The translations under genes were made by a program, and so were the position numbers. Positions 1 to 18,900 of a DNA stretch of 64,000 bases are shown one piece after another; positions within the stretch are counted from its first letter, which is position 1; each line of letters begins with the position of its first letter. The notes under the pieces are model-generated. The model was not told where the DNA came from. It was given only the letters and a program-made list of their open reading frames with translations, and did no database searches. The stretch comes from Guillardia theta CCMP2712 (Eukaryota > Protista > Cryptophyta): positions 430,809 to 494,808 of the forward strand of contig NW_005434613.1 in NCBI RefSeq assembly GCF_000315625.1, read 5' to 3'.

Positions 1-786
1 TGTCTGCCTCTACCTCTCCTTCCCCCGCCCCCCATGATCGCTCCATCGCCTCCTTGAAGGTTTGCATTCGCTTTCCTACCGAAGTCTCCTGGCGGGGAAG
101 TGGTAGTACCCACCTCGACAAACAACCGATCAAATGGATGGGTGGGTACTATAACCCCTACCCACATTTTTACAACAATGTACTGGGAAGAATACGGGTC
201 ATAAAAGTTTTATGTACATGTTTGGGATGTTTGGGGATGGTGGGGTGGAGTACCACTACCCGGATATTACAGGAAACAGTACCGGTACTGACAATGAGTT
301 TGGGATCTGTGTTGCACCCGTCCTAAATATAGATTTTCATGGGGTGGGTTAGTTTTTAGCAATGATGATGAGACCGCAGCCTTGACGAAACATTGAGCGA
401 GTCTCCTCCTCCTCCTCCTCCTCCTCCTCCTCCTCCTCCTCCTCTCCTCTCCTCTCCTCTCCTCTCCTCTCCTCTCCTCTCCTCTCCTCTCCTCTCCTCT
501 CCTCTGTTGCCTTCTCTTTCTCCGGTCCCTGACCTACCTTCGCTTCCTCTACCTACTTCCCCTCCATGCCCCTCTTGCTCTACCTCTTGATCATCTCCCT
601 CCACGCTGCTTCTCCCGTCTTCTTGAGCCCATCCTTGTCTGCCCTCAACGGATCCACGTGTCACGCCCAAAGTCAAAAGTGCACGACATCCTACGTATTG
701 GATCGCTTTGATACGAACCGGTGAGTAAGTCTTTACCCACCGTGACCCCTTACTCACCTTCCATCTTTGTTGGGTTGAACCTCCAG

Positions 787-2427
787 CTTCGGGAATGTCT
801 GTGCGCTAGACTGGAGAAGCAGGCAAGCTCTAAGTCGCCATGCTCTCGCTGGCTAACTGGCCGTATAGACTGAGATGCTTTGGAAGAGACCTGAATGGTT
901 TGAGCGGGGAAGAAGATGTGACGATGACGATGACGATGACGATAATACCAATCTGACTGCTCGCTTCTGAACAGATCAAGTGGGCCAAGATCGCACTTGG
1001 TTACCGTCACATGTGTGGGATCTTGGCTGAAGACTCCGACTCTGACAGAGGAGTTGTGAGATGCCAGGGTGAGGCTGATGAGAAGCAAGTCGCTCTCGGC
1101 AAATTGGTCTGATAATTGTTGCATGCAGGCAACAACATTCACTTGCAGGTTTGTTGGGAGAGGAGAATGTCCTTGGTTCAAGGTTTGTTGTGATTGTGTT
1201 GACTTGACAGGCCCAAGTCCCGTCTGATTACAAGGACGTGAAGTTCAAGAACATTTGTTCCGGAGCATACTTCTCTTGTGGAATAGGAAAGTGGAGGGAG
1301 GGAGAGAATGAGGCGGCGGCAAGGGAAGGATGGGAGTAAGGGAAGTGGGAAGGAGACAAGAGAATGGTGACAGGAAAGGAGGGTGTGAGAGCAGAGCGGA
1401 ACAGAGGAAGGAAGGCGGAGCATGACTCGCTATGTTTGATAGCTCTGTTTTCTTTCAGTGTCTTCGCTACCTCAAGACTCTCCTCTGAGTCAGCTGGTAT
1501 GCTGGGGTGATTCTCCGATATCTCATGAAGCAGAGCAAGTGTTCAGAATGAAATTCTCCAAGGTGATCGAACCTCTAACCCTAACTTGCTTCCTTGCGCT
1601 GTTCGTCCAATTTCTTCTCCTCCCCCGCTCTCCTCCTCTCTTTCGCTCTCTTCCCCCCCTCCCTTGGTGCCTATCTCGGTGATTCACCAGCATAGTTGCT
1701 GTGCTCTCCCCTGATTCCTGGAACAGCTCTCTTGTTCGCACTTCAGCTTGTGCGCCATCGAAGAGGGGATTGACAGACTCCATTGCTGGGGAGATGAAGA
1801 TATCATGAGGAAAAGTGTTCACCTGAGAGAAAGACGGCTGAGGAATGTAAGTGTCGGATACGACCACGCCTGTGCGATCGAGGTCGATTCTTCGATGAAT
1901 GTCTGCTGGGGATCAAATTCCAAGATTCTAGAGGATGAAGATGGGCATGGTGAGGTTGATTTGTTTGCATGGGTTTTCGTGAAAGAAACATGAAATGATG
2001 ATGGCTGGGGAGGGAGGAGGAAGAGGAGAAGGAGAGGAGAATTTGTTGAAATGATGAATGTTAGACAGTTGAAGGTGTAAAGATGGATGAAAGAGGAGGT
2101 CTGGTAAGACAATGGCTTGAGGAGGTGGAAAGCGGGAATCTCATGTGGATTATGATTAGCATCAAGTCACTTGTTGTGTTTCTTGTTTTTTGAATGACCA
2201 CCGTTTGACGGGTTGTGCAACAGTTCAAACGTTTGTGACTGAAAAATCTCGAAGCTTTCATAGGAAGATTGAACAGGTGAGGAGCAGGGGGGGGGAAGGA
2301 ATGTGAGGAGGAATGAATGGAATTTGAAAAATCGAAAGGACGAGTAAGGAGAGCAGAAGGAGGGAGTGAACGAAAAGGAGAGAAAGCGGACAGGGAGAAG
2401 AGAGGTATCAAGGCAAAAGGACCCAAT

Positions 2428-2475
<48 letters not shown>

Positions 2476-3294
2476 ATGCAGGGAGTTGACGTGAATGTTG
2501 GAATTGCGCAGGTTTCAGCAGGTTGGGATCATTCCTGTGCGGTGGATGCTTACCGGAGGCTGACTTGCTGGGGGGATGTTGGGGTGGGAGGAAAGGGAAT
2601 GCAGCGGGGAGGAGGAGGGGGAGGGGAGCCAGGAGGAGAGTTTCTTGCTGTGAAAGCAAGCACCCACTACTCTTGTGCTGTTCATGTCAGTGGAACTTTA
2701 ATGTGCTGGGGAGAGTCGCTCCCAGGAATGGAGCAGGTGAGATGAGGGAGAGGGCAGGGGAGGAGGAGGTGAGAGGAGGAGGTAGAAGAGGAGGTGAGAG
2801 GAGGAGGAAGAGGAGGTCTTGGTGGATGGAGAGAGGGTGGTGGTGGAGGGAAGGAGGAAAGAGCGGAGGAGGAGAGTTACTGAAGGATTGATACCCTGGC
2901 AGACCAACTGGGAAAGACTACAAATGTGCGATGAAGGCAACACATTGCAGGTTCGAGTAGAAAGAGGGTGGATGATGAAGAGATTGGAATGCAACGAGGA
3001 GGGGGGGAATGAACTATAGCAGAAATGATGTCTAGGTTTATTGGCATTGAACGATGAATGAGGGAGGGAGAAGGAGCGGGAGCGGGAGCAAGAGCATGAA
3101 TGGGAGGAGAAAGAGAGAGAGAACGAGCAATAGCAACAGAAAAACTTCTGAAGAAGGGGAGGACGAGGAGGACGAGGACGAGGAGGATTGTTGGTGAGGG
3201 CGAGCAGGTGGCTCATTTCGGTCCGATGTTATCTTCCATCACTCACATCGACGGGTCTTGGCTGCTGTTTGTCGACAAGGTGAAAGATCAATAA
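787..3294 (+). CDS. RCC1/BLIP-II-like beta-propeller repeat protein (multi-exon, boundaries approximate)
   Basis: Repeated motifs across exons: KIALGYRHMCGI, SQLVCWGDS, RLHCWGD...NVSVGYDHACAI...VCWGSNS, AQVSAGWDHSCAVDAYRRLTCWG, AVKASTHYSCAVHVSGTLMCWG. Separated by purine- or pyrimidine-rich GT-AG introns. Confidence 0.65.
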
Positions 3295-3302
3295 GTTGTT
3301 GC

Positions 3303-3418
3303 TTGACTTGTCACTTTTGACTTGTCACTTTTGACTTGTCACTTTTGCCTTGTCACTTTGACTTGTCACTTTTGACTTTTCACTTTTCACTGGTCACTTT
3401 TGCCTTTTCACTTTGACA
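3303..3418. repeat. Degenerate ~14-bp tandem repeat (GACTTGTCACTTTT-like), about 8 copies
   Basis: tgacttgtcacttt unit repeated with point variants. Confidence 0.8.
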
Positions 3419-4799
3419 TGTTAATTTGACTTGTCATTTTGAATTGTTTCTTGACTTGTTGCTCACGGCAGGACGTGAACTTGTTCGAAGATGAGTTCGT
3501 GATGATTGAGAACCCGTTGGGTGCGAACTCTCGGAGAGCAAGAACGTGTTTCTTCCTCTGATTCTCTTCTCTTCCAGCAAACTCTTTCCACCTGCAAACA
3601 CAAGGGAAGCTGCAAGTAGATGTTGTCGTCGCTCGTATTCCGAAGGGAGTCGAGAGTCTGGTGATGACTTGATCGTTCTTATCTGCTGCTTCCTCCCCTC
3701 CCCCACCTCCAGTTGTCTTCCACTCTCCTCCTCATCCTCAGCCTTCTTCTCCTCCTCTCTCTCCTTCTCCTCTCTCTTCTTCTCCTCTCTCTCTCTTTCT
3801 CTCTCCTTTCATCCCTTCCCCTTGTTCCTCTTCGTCAGTGCGTTTTTCTTCTTCGATGGCCTGTCGTGATTTGCGCGCAGGATGTGATGCTATTTGTGGA
3901 CGAGAAGCAAGTGACGTCGAAAACAATTCGACGGCAAGAGCTTGGAGCAGAAACTCCGACTTTGTGCGATTACAACAATCATGATTGTATTGAAAGGAGG
4001 GAAGAACATTTGTCGTTTGAGGTTGATGGTTGTGTTTGCCGAAGGTTTCTGAATTCTTCCAGGTCAACAATCTGAGTGAAGGATTCCATCTTGTTGAAGC
4101 TGCTGCCTTGATTGACGGTGACCCAAGATTCACTTCTTTAGAACTCGAACCTTAGATCTGTCTTTTTACATCTCTTTTCTTTAAGTTCACATCCCTGCCC
4201 TGTCTTGACGACATGTTTTTGTATCAGGCTCAGCAGCTATCAGTCATAAAATCCCCTTCACCCTGCTCTTGCCGGCAAGGAGCACTCAGGATAATCCGCC
4301 GTCGTATCTCATACCTCAAGTCGCCGTGGTGAAGAAGGAGATCGTACCGAGAGGAGAAGTTTCTGAGATGATAATATGGCTAGCGCTCTTCGCTTTTGAT
4401 GTGTGTACACTCCGTACCTTCCTCCTCCTCCTCTCTGCTTCCTCCTAAATCGCCGCCTCCTTCCCTCTCCGCCGCCTCTCCTCCTCCTTCGTTGTTCCTC
4501 CTCGTCTGCTCTATTTCTCATCCTCCCTTCCACCTCCTCTTCCCCGAGCTCATCTCCTCCGCCTCGATTCCTCTTCTAGCTCCTCTCCTCTCCTCTCCCT
4601 TCTAGCTCCTCTCCTCTCCCTTCTAGCTTCTCTCCTCTCCTCTCCCTTTTAGCTCCTCTCCTCTCCCTCTCCACTGTATCCCCATCTCGCTCTGCTCCTC
4701 TAGCTGTCCCTTCCCTCATCTGCTAGCCTTCAATCCTCATGCTTCACCTTCACTCATCGCCTTCTCTTGCCCTCCTGCTCATCTCGTTTCATGTGGTCA

Positions 4800-10189
<5,390 letters not shown>

Positions 10190-10289
10190 AGCTTCACAAT
10201 GAAACAGGAACAGTCAAGTGAGAGTCGTGAGCCCTTCGATGTACGTCAAGTGTATCCCAAGAGCTATCGAGCAGGTTGGCAGAACTTGT

Positions 10290-12188
10290 CTATGCAGAGC
10301 AGGCGGCCACGAGGTTGTCGACGAACTGAACGACGCTGCCGACCGCGGAGATTTCGTTGTCGTACTGCAGTCGAAGTCAGAGATGCTCGGAGCTACCGAC
10401 CTGGTTCACCTGCTGCAGGTCAGTCTGCAGGCTGGAGGCCTGGTCGTCGTAGGTAGACTTCTTGACCTGTGTGGGGAGACCTCACATGAGAGCAAAGAGA
10501 GGGGAACGATCTCACCTCGTACTGCCCGCCCAGTTGCTGGCGGTGAAGGTCTGCTGAGTTTTCTTCTGCCTGGGAGCGGGAGACTTCAGAATGGAGGAGG
10601 CAGAGGCAGGGGAGCGGAGGAGAGGGAGAGGAGTGACGAAGCAAGAAGTAGAGGATCAGGGACCAGGGACATAGGGGAGGGCAAGGAAAGTAATGTATGC
10701 ATTGACTTACTTTCGCCCTGTCCGCTGTGTCCGACAGCTCAACCAACTTCACCATCCACTCTTCTTTCTTGGCCTTGTTGTTTGAGATCTCTTCCTGGGA
10801 ACCAGCCATCTGAGCGTCGATCGCTTCGATCCTGCTGCTGATTTCCATGCTCATCTCGTTCAAGATAGCGAGTGAGTCGGCGATCGTTGCTGCCGTCACA
10901 TCCGACAAGGACGTAGTAGCCTGCAGCACAGCTGCTCAGCTGACAAATACGAGAGGAGACAAAGAGGTCGTCAAACCTTCTGGAGTCTCTGCAGCTGAGC
11001 TCGAGCTGGAGCAGGCAGGGAAAGAGAATCCTTCTCCAACTTTGCAACGCTGTCCTCAACCTGCTTAAGCCTGACATCGTTGCTTGTCCCCTTTGCGGCA
11101 GATGTCGTCATAGATTGAATCAGGCCGACGATGTTAGTAATCATCTGCTGCTGGGCTGCGAGGTTCTCTTTCTCAGCTTTGACCGGGGCGTTGTTCTTCA
11201 GGAAGTTTTCTTCAGCTGTGCACAAGCTCGTTGTTACCAACGACACTATAGCGTCATCTTAGATTCATTCCAACCTTCCTTCAACGCAGAAGTGTACTTC
11301 TCGAGTTGTCCCTTAGCATATTCAGCTGCAGACACAGCACTGCTCCTGGTCGACTGCAGCCTTCTAAGAATGACAACAAGCACGCTCCCTGCATCACCTG
11401 GGCTGAGCGAAACGCAGACTCGGATTCAATCCATTGCTGGTAGGCATCATCCTTATCCTTCTTGGTCTCACTGTCACATGAGAAAATCAAACATTCCAGA
11501 GCACGCGCAAGAGCAAGGCATACTCATCAAGCTTCACTCGCTCATCCTTCTCCGAGGTAAGGTTGGCCTTCAAAGACTGAAACTTCTCCTGCGATCTTGG
11601 CGTAAGAATGTGACTACTTGTGACTTATCAGACCTGAATGGTCAGGTAGGTGTCTTTGCGAGCACAATCAGCCTGCTGCAGCTTGGTAGAACGGAAAGCA
11701 GCGAGAGTCTGGTGGTTTTGAAGACGTCTAGCAATGCTCTTTGCCAGCATCTATCCAAGAGACTTACACGGTCGTACATGACAGAGTTGACAATCAACCT
11801 GAGCCTTGACTGGTAAGCTTGCCACAGCTTCGTGGATGGTCTTCAACAAGATCTCACGCCTGGAGTAAACCTTCTCCATGTTCTTGACACGATGAGCGTT
11901 GGCGTGTTTCATTGCCGCCATCTTCTGAGCCAGCCCAGAGCCCTGCAACAGCAAACTTAGTGATCAGGAGAATGCAAGAGCTGAGAGCTGAACCTCATCG
12001 TTTCCAGACAGAGCTACTGCAAGCAACATTGCAACGGCGATGGCTCCGCCTACCAAGAGGGCTTTCCTTCCGAAAGTCTGCTGGAAACCTTGGTTACCAC
12101 AATCCTCTCTCCCCTCTTCTTCCTCCCCCTTGCTTACCTTCTTGTCCCTCCCGTTCACTTCCATGTATACCACGAAGCTTTCCGCCAT
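10290..12188 (-). CDS. Membrane-anchored or secreted coiled-coil protein (multi-exon)
   Basis: ATG at 12188 (MAESFVVYME), hydrophobic anchor ALLVGGAIAVAMLLAVAL, heptad-rich exons (KAEKENLAAQQQMITNIVGLIQSM; EISSRIEAIDAQMAGSQEEISNNKAKKEE), ending FVDNLVAACSA-TAG. Confidence 0.6.
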
Positions 12189-12934
12189 GACTGCTCCCGA
12201 AATAGAACTCGGAACACAATGACTATTTAGTTTGATCTAATTTACTCAACTTTGATGAGTAAATCATAGTATGAGCTGACCGTGCTCCCTCTCAGTCATG
12301 CCCTACCGTCAAGTCACAGGCTCATGGTGATTGGCAACTGACCCGCGGCCGCCGGGCCCGCAATCATCGGATACTGAGCACACTGAGCGGCACGGCCGTG
12401 AGATCGGACGCCGCTTGACCCGACCGTGCCAGGATGATCATCCATTTCTCTTCAAGCGCCGTACTAGGTATGCGGCTTCAATGTCCGACTGTTCAACGGC
12501 AACCGCGGCCCGCCCGGGCCGGGCCCGGCGGCCCTGCAATCTGACTGATAGTAACTTGATAACCGTCAGTCGACTCTTCACTGCTCAGATCTGAGTGCCG
12601 TTCACTGCCGGCCGTTGCCGCAAATCTGGACGGGACTCGGCCCGGGCCGACTGAGACTCGCTGCCCGGCGGCCCGGCCCGGCCCCGGGCCACTGAGGCTA
12701 AAGCTACAGAAATGTCAAGCCTTCTACCACCCCTCTATAGTGGCAGAGGTCCTTTGCAAGGCCCCTACCCGCTCTCCGTAGTATTTGGACCCCTCAATCT
12801 ACCTCGGCCTGGCATCCACCGAGCTGACCCACCCACGCTATGGAAAATAAAGGCCCTATCTGTCTCTTCCTTCATACCGCCATGCCCCCGTAGCCAGTTG
12901 CTTGAAGCAAGGGAGGAGCGCGTCTCAAGAGAGC

Positions 12935-15900
12935 ATGGCGCAGCCGTCTTTCGTAAGCCACATGCTGCCGCCTCCCTCCATGTCCCTGACGCCCATGCAG
13001 GTCACATCCGCGCTGGAGATCACCGGAGATGTCGTCGAGCTTCCACGAACCCACGCGATTGTGCGAGCAGTACCAATCTCACAGGTTGGCAACTCCATCA
13101 GCATGCCAGGAGACCGAGACTGGAAGTATGCAAACATCATGTCACAGAAGGTCAACGATGTACAGAAGGTCTCCTTGGACGTGTTTGATTGTTTCCAATG
13201 AGTCACATGATTTGCACGACAGATTCAAAACCCTCCTGATGACATTGCTCTACATTGCAAGGATGGAGAGGTTCAGATGACATTATACATCACATGGGAT
13301 ATGTCTTGGTCAGATGTGAGTCTACAACTTGAAATTCTGTATATTGGCCCCTACTCAAAATTTGATGCAGATTCTCGACCTCCTTAAACAGAAGTTCCAT
13401 CGCGCTTGCGTGTTTTCGTATTATGACCGAACGTCAAGGACAGAATTTCTGATCAACAGCGAAGTATTTTGATCATTCAGCATCATCCAACTTTTGGAAT
13501 AAGATCCTTTGCAGGACGACTTCGACTTCTTTTGCAGCAAGATAGAGAAATTCGGGGAGGCTACGGTACACATCAAAAATGCAACATTCATGCCGTCAGG
13601 TATTGAGACATCTTTTATATGAATTTTGAGTCATTTGAATGGTATGCAGATTTTGTCACTGATCAATTCCTTGTACCTTCACAACCCTTCGAAGAGGAAT
13701 CGTCACAAACAAACACATCCGAACTCGAAATTGGAGATGGTATGTGCTTGCATGGTTTTGAATCCATTATCTCACTCCACAAAAAGTAGGTCTGCTTGAA
13801 GAAAAGATGTCATTCCATCGGAGATCATGGTTTTCAAGATTTAGTGACTGTCCAATACCTCTCGTCTACATGATTCTCTTCGGGGGATCTGGTTTCGTCT
13901 TGTCGGTCCTGGCTGTTGTGTTGGGTTACATGTTCGACTTCAACAACGTCGCTGCCATCGCTGTAGCTCTGCCATGCAATATCTTCTTTCTAAGTTTCTG
14001 GGTGAAAGAGGTACGTGTCCACATAGCAATCTTCATAGAAACTTAATGTCAAGACAGGTCGAATCGGGATTTGCTTTTCTGTTTCGTTTGGGTGTAGGAT
14101 TTCTAGGATTTTACAGCTCTTTGGTCGCTATGGTCTCATTTGGGTGATGAGGCTGCTTGTGTCAGTGTCACATAGTACTAATCCTTTGACAAAGGATTAC
14201 CAAGCAATTCTTCGTGTTGGCCATTTGCTTCCTGTACCTTCTTTCTTGCTTTTGGTATGTCGAGATTTGTATAAGAGCTCTCGGATGGGAGAGGTAAGAA
14301 AACTGTTACCTACATTGTCGGAATTAACATTGCACGACTAGCTGGTTTCAAGGGATTAGAAACCTGTATAATTGGGTCATTGGGGGATGTACATTAGGTG
14401 AGTGACTCTAACATTCAAACATTCGACCCTGATATCTGGAATCAGTCGGATTTCGGCAACCAGAAGACGTCGAGGAGATTCAAATCCTTGGGGAACCTCC
14501 ACCGCCGTCGATCTTCAATGCATTTCAAACAGTTGAAGAGCGATTTCCCGGCGCTCAGTGGATCAGACCGGTCGAGTTTTCTTCCCGAATCGCGAGTTCT
14601 CTGAAATTTTCAACAGAAAGTTGGCCAAAGAGTGAAACATATTGGAACCTGCCTTGCAAATTTGTCTGAAAAGATGAGCCCGTTGGGGCCATGGGAAGAA
14701 GGAATCATAGAAAAGAAACTAGCACGACAGCTACGAAAGTGGTTGGTCCGTCTAGGAAACAAAACAGACGCTGACTTCAAGAAGTTCTCAACTCTTCCTT
14801 GGGGCACTGTGACATATGTCGGTTCGATTGGCATCAAAGTAGAGTGGGACATTGAAACGATTCCTGGCATCAAGGATGCGGGATATTATGCTGATGGAGA
14901 GGATGGATTCTATGAGTTGGTTCTGTATCAAGAGGACGATACTGCCAAAGATGAGCTGTACGAGGACGGAACTAGAATTCACTCTGGGGGAAGGTAAGTG
15001 CTACTGATGATTTGTGGACATATAATTCAATTCACTTACAATTGCTTTAGTCGTGTCACGTCGGTGACAACTTTTCTTCTCTACTTTTCGAGACGATTTT
15101 GTATGCTGTTTTGGTATTGGCTGGCTTTCTTTGCATACTTCGGACTGCTGTATGCTCTTGAATACAGTCTCACGCGCTACGCTGTCTTTCAAGCAATGGG
15201 AGGAGTGCAATACGTAGCGAAAGGGCAGATGTTGAACGCGCGGCCTGGAAACAATGTCAACCTTCATATGTACTGCAAAGGACCAGCAATACTCTCTGAT
15301 TATGATGGAAGACCTGCGATCGTGACAGAGGCCATGGAAGGTGAACAAACTGTCAAGAATCACTGACGATCATCCTGACTTTCTGTCAGGAATCGGCCAA
15401 GGAATCTCAATGGCTCGACTGCAAGATTATGTCACCACTAAAGGAATCTGCTGCGTAAGTATCTGCATTTTCATTTTACCTGTTTTCTTTACTCCGCTTG
15501 TTTGTGATTACATTGGCAGGTGTATGATAGAGTAGGATTTGGGTGGAGCTCAAACCTGAACGATGGTCCACGAACTCCCCGGAACATTACTAACTTGTTA
15601 AAATATGCGCTGCTGTACGGCACAGATTCAGTTAGCGGCAGTCCTCTCTCCTGGACTCTATCATATCAGGGAGCAAACAATGAAACGCTGACGAAGAGCA
15701 TTCCTATCAAACCTCCGTTTGTGCTACTCGGAAACAGCGCAGGTGCTTTGTATGTCAGGCAGTTTGCACACGAAAATCCAGAGCTGGTTGCTGCCATGAT
15801 ACTGATTGACCCATTGCCAGCGATGCCAACAACCCAGGGGTATATCTTATCGCCTCAGCAGAAATTATTGAGTCCCTTCTGGATGAACTTGTGTTTGAGA

Positions 15901-18900
15901 TTTCTTCAACCCATGGGTTTGGTATACACTCTATTTCCAAACATAGTTTACCAACTTTTCAATCCCTCGACAGCTTTTCTGTTCAACGGAGGTCATTCAG
16001 CAAGCTATGATTCTTTCCAGATCATGACTAGCTTCATGTTTGTCAGCAGCTGGTGTCCGGCTGTGTTGAACGAGTATCAAGGTCTGTACAGTAATCCGCA
16101 AGTTGGAATTCAGACAGTTGAACAGGCAGACAAAGCTGGCTACAGCATGCCTACGGTGATTTGGATTCGAAATGTAGACAATTTAGCTGGAACAAAGTCT
16201 ACAGACAAGATTTACCCTCCCCTGCAGAGTTCTGTGTCGAGCAGACGAAATTCAAATGCAACAAGCTGCACGAATAACTGCCTTAGCTGGCAAGACGTGG
16301 GCAGGTCCCTGGTTCAATACTTTCGGAATCCTTGGATAGATCCTTTCACGGCAGCGCCAGACATCATGCTCGGCGATAGCACTGGATGCGTTGTGAACAA
16401 TTGTGATGAATATACTGCGATGGAGAATGCGTTTGAGATCAACTCTGCGGTAATTGATGATTCAAAAAATCCGAAATTTTGAGACCTGACTTTGTGTCGT
16501 AGGTTTTGGACATATACAATATGCTTGGATATCGAGTGAATATTTCGAGCACACAATGGAAAATCCGAATGGCTGGAATCGCATCCAATTTCTCCGAAGC
16601 AAAGTTCAAGGATGACCTCGGCGTCGTTCTCCGTCAAATAACAAGTGAGTTCATTTTCGTCACAAGCCCTGTCCAAGTCATTCGTCCCAACGTCGGTGCT
16701 ACAGTGCCGACTCCTCCAGCAAACAAGGATCAATACGTCGGGTTTTCGGGCACGGAGTTTGGAACTCCGAATTACGTGCCCATTAAGAATTTGGGGACGT
16801 TTGAAGTCGAAGTCTATTTCTATGGACACAAGCAACTGACTGTAGAATGGGCTACAGGGAATTTGAATGGAAATCAAAATGCCTTGGATACTACAGCATT
16901 GTCCAGACGAACAGTGTTCTTGCATCAATGGCAGGTCCTGGAAATACAAGAGAAAAGCTGCATTACAGTGTCAAATCTATCTTGTTCGTTCCAGAACATT
17001 GATATCTTCTCCTCAACGTTTGCTCTTCCCATCTATGGATGCCCTCAAAACTCGTACAAGACTGGTAGCTTTTGTACAGCTTGCCCCATCTCAACCACTT
17101 CGATCAGCGGGGCCACGAGTTTGGTTGCATGCTTCAAATGTGATTCTAATGGGACGTCGCCAACATCTGGAATATATCAGTACCTGTCCTGTGATGGAAA
17201 GACCTGTCAGAAATGTCCAGCAGAAACTCTGAGCAGTGAGGGATCTCTTGGACTGTCAGATTGCACGCCCATCCCTGTCATCACCTTCTGGTTGAATGGA
17301 CCGATCGGAAATACTTACACCGCCGACAACGTTACTGCACAAGGACTTGGACGGCCATCTCACAACCCGTTCAACAAGAGCAAGTTTCGAGAGATGTTGA
17401 CCCTTGTTGCAAACATCTCTTACGATCGAATAACATTCCTTGGTGAACCACAAGAAATCAGCAATTACCCAGAATCCCGCTGCGAACAGTTGCGAGGTGC
17501 TTGCATATTTCAGTTTTCAGTCATGTTTTATGCAAGCTCAACGGAGCTTCTCAAGACTTCGGTTGCGAGAGTCACGGGCGATGAGTGTAAGAAGTATGAC
17601 CGAATCACTTGCGTGTATCCGGATGTGAATGGGACGGCACAGCTCTGGCGAACAAAAATGATGTACGAGTATCAAATTCTCAAGATCTTCACAGAAACCA
17701 GACAGAGCAAAGCCGCCGGGACTTGTCCCGACAAATGGATCGTGGGACCAAAACTCCTCATTGATGTGGATCTTTTCAAGAGCAGCTTTCTTTCTGTCAC
17801 TTACGCCTGTCCGAATAAGTACTACCAATCTTCCAGTGGATTTTGTGAACCTTGTCCTGACATGACAACCTCTGATCAGGGAGCCACTGATATCGCTCAC
17901 TGCATCCCTTACAACAGCTTCTTTCTCACCGCAAAGGATGCTTCGCTGACCTACGATTCTCGGACTAGAATTGCATCCGGGGGTCAGACCTCGGCACAGC
18001 CAAACGCCTATGACATCAACAAGAACCCGGTTTACTACATCATTCGCGGATACTCTCTACATCCTTACCAGATAGCCTCGCCTGCGAGCCCTGCGCTTGG
18101 GAATCAGATAAGCTACTGCTCGAATCGTTTGAACTGCTTCAACGAGAGCGAGTTTCGTGTGAACCTGAGCACTGTTCTGCAAGGAAAGGTCACGGCCAAT
18201 GAGATTCGTTTGGTCAAAGCAGACTTCTGCAATTCCACAGATATGTACCAGAAACGTCTCTGCGGTCCATGGCCGGGAGTTGCACCGTACAACAAACAGT
18301 GTGTCTGTGCCAACATATCAAACTCGTCGATATGCTACGAGACCAGGGGATATCTCCATCTTTCTTTGTACATCGGCAAGACTGCAAATGTGAACTCACC
18401 GTTCCAGTCTAACGTGAAAACAGCATCTGATTGTGCACAAATCTTGCAGACTCCAGACTATTTGAACTTCAGTGCAAACGCATTCCTTTACAATCCTAAC
18501 TCCTTGACATGTTGGCCTCGTGTTTTGGATCTGAAAAGCGAGAATCTACATTCGAATCTCTTCTGCTACTCGAATAGTCCAGATTGTCGGGACTTGGTCG
18601 CAAACTTTGCACAAGATAAGGTCGTTGCTGCAGACAAGCTGGCAGGAACTCAGTTGTACTGGATCAACACTAGCTCCTGTATGATGAACAATTCGTTTGT
18701 CCTGGAAGATTCTTCGAAATGTGACCTCAAATCGAATCTCAATTCAAACCCGTTGGACATCCACCACTACATCATCAGTCTCCATGCGGACAACGCAAGT
18801 AATCTGAGAGATGCTGTGAGCATCCTGACCTCAGCGGCTGGAAATGAAAACGAGTTGAAGTATCAATTCTTCACGAATTACGCCATCTTGCAAGTGATGG

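Noticed and set aside
3303-3418. Short repeat array as CRISPR or regulatory array
   Set aside because: Simple degenerate 14-bp tandem repeat without spacers.
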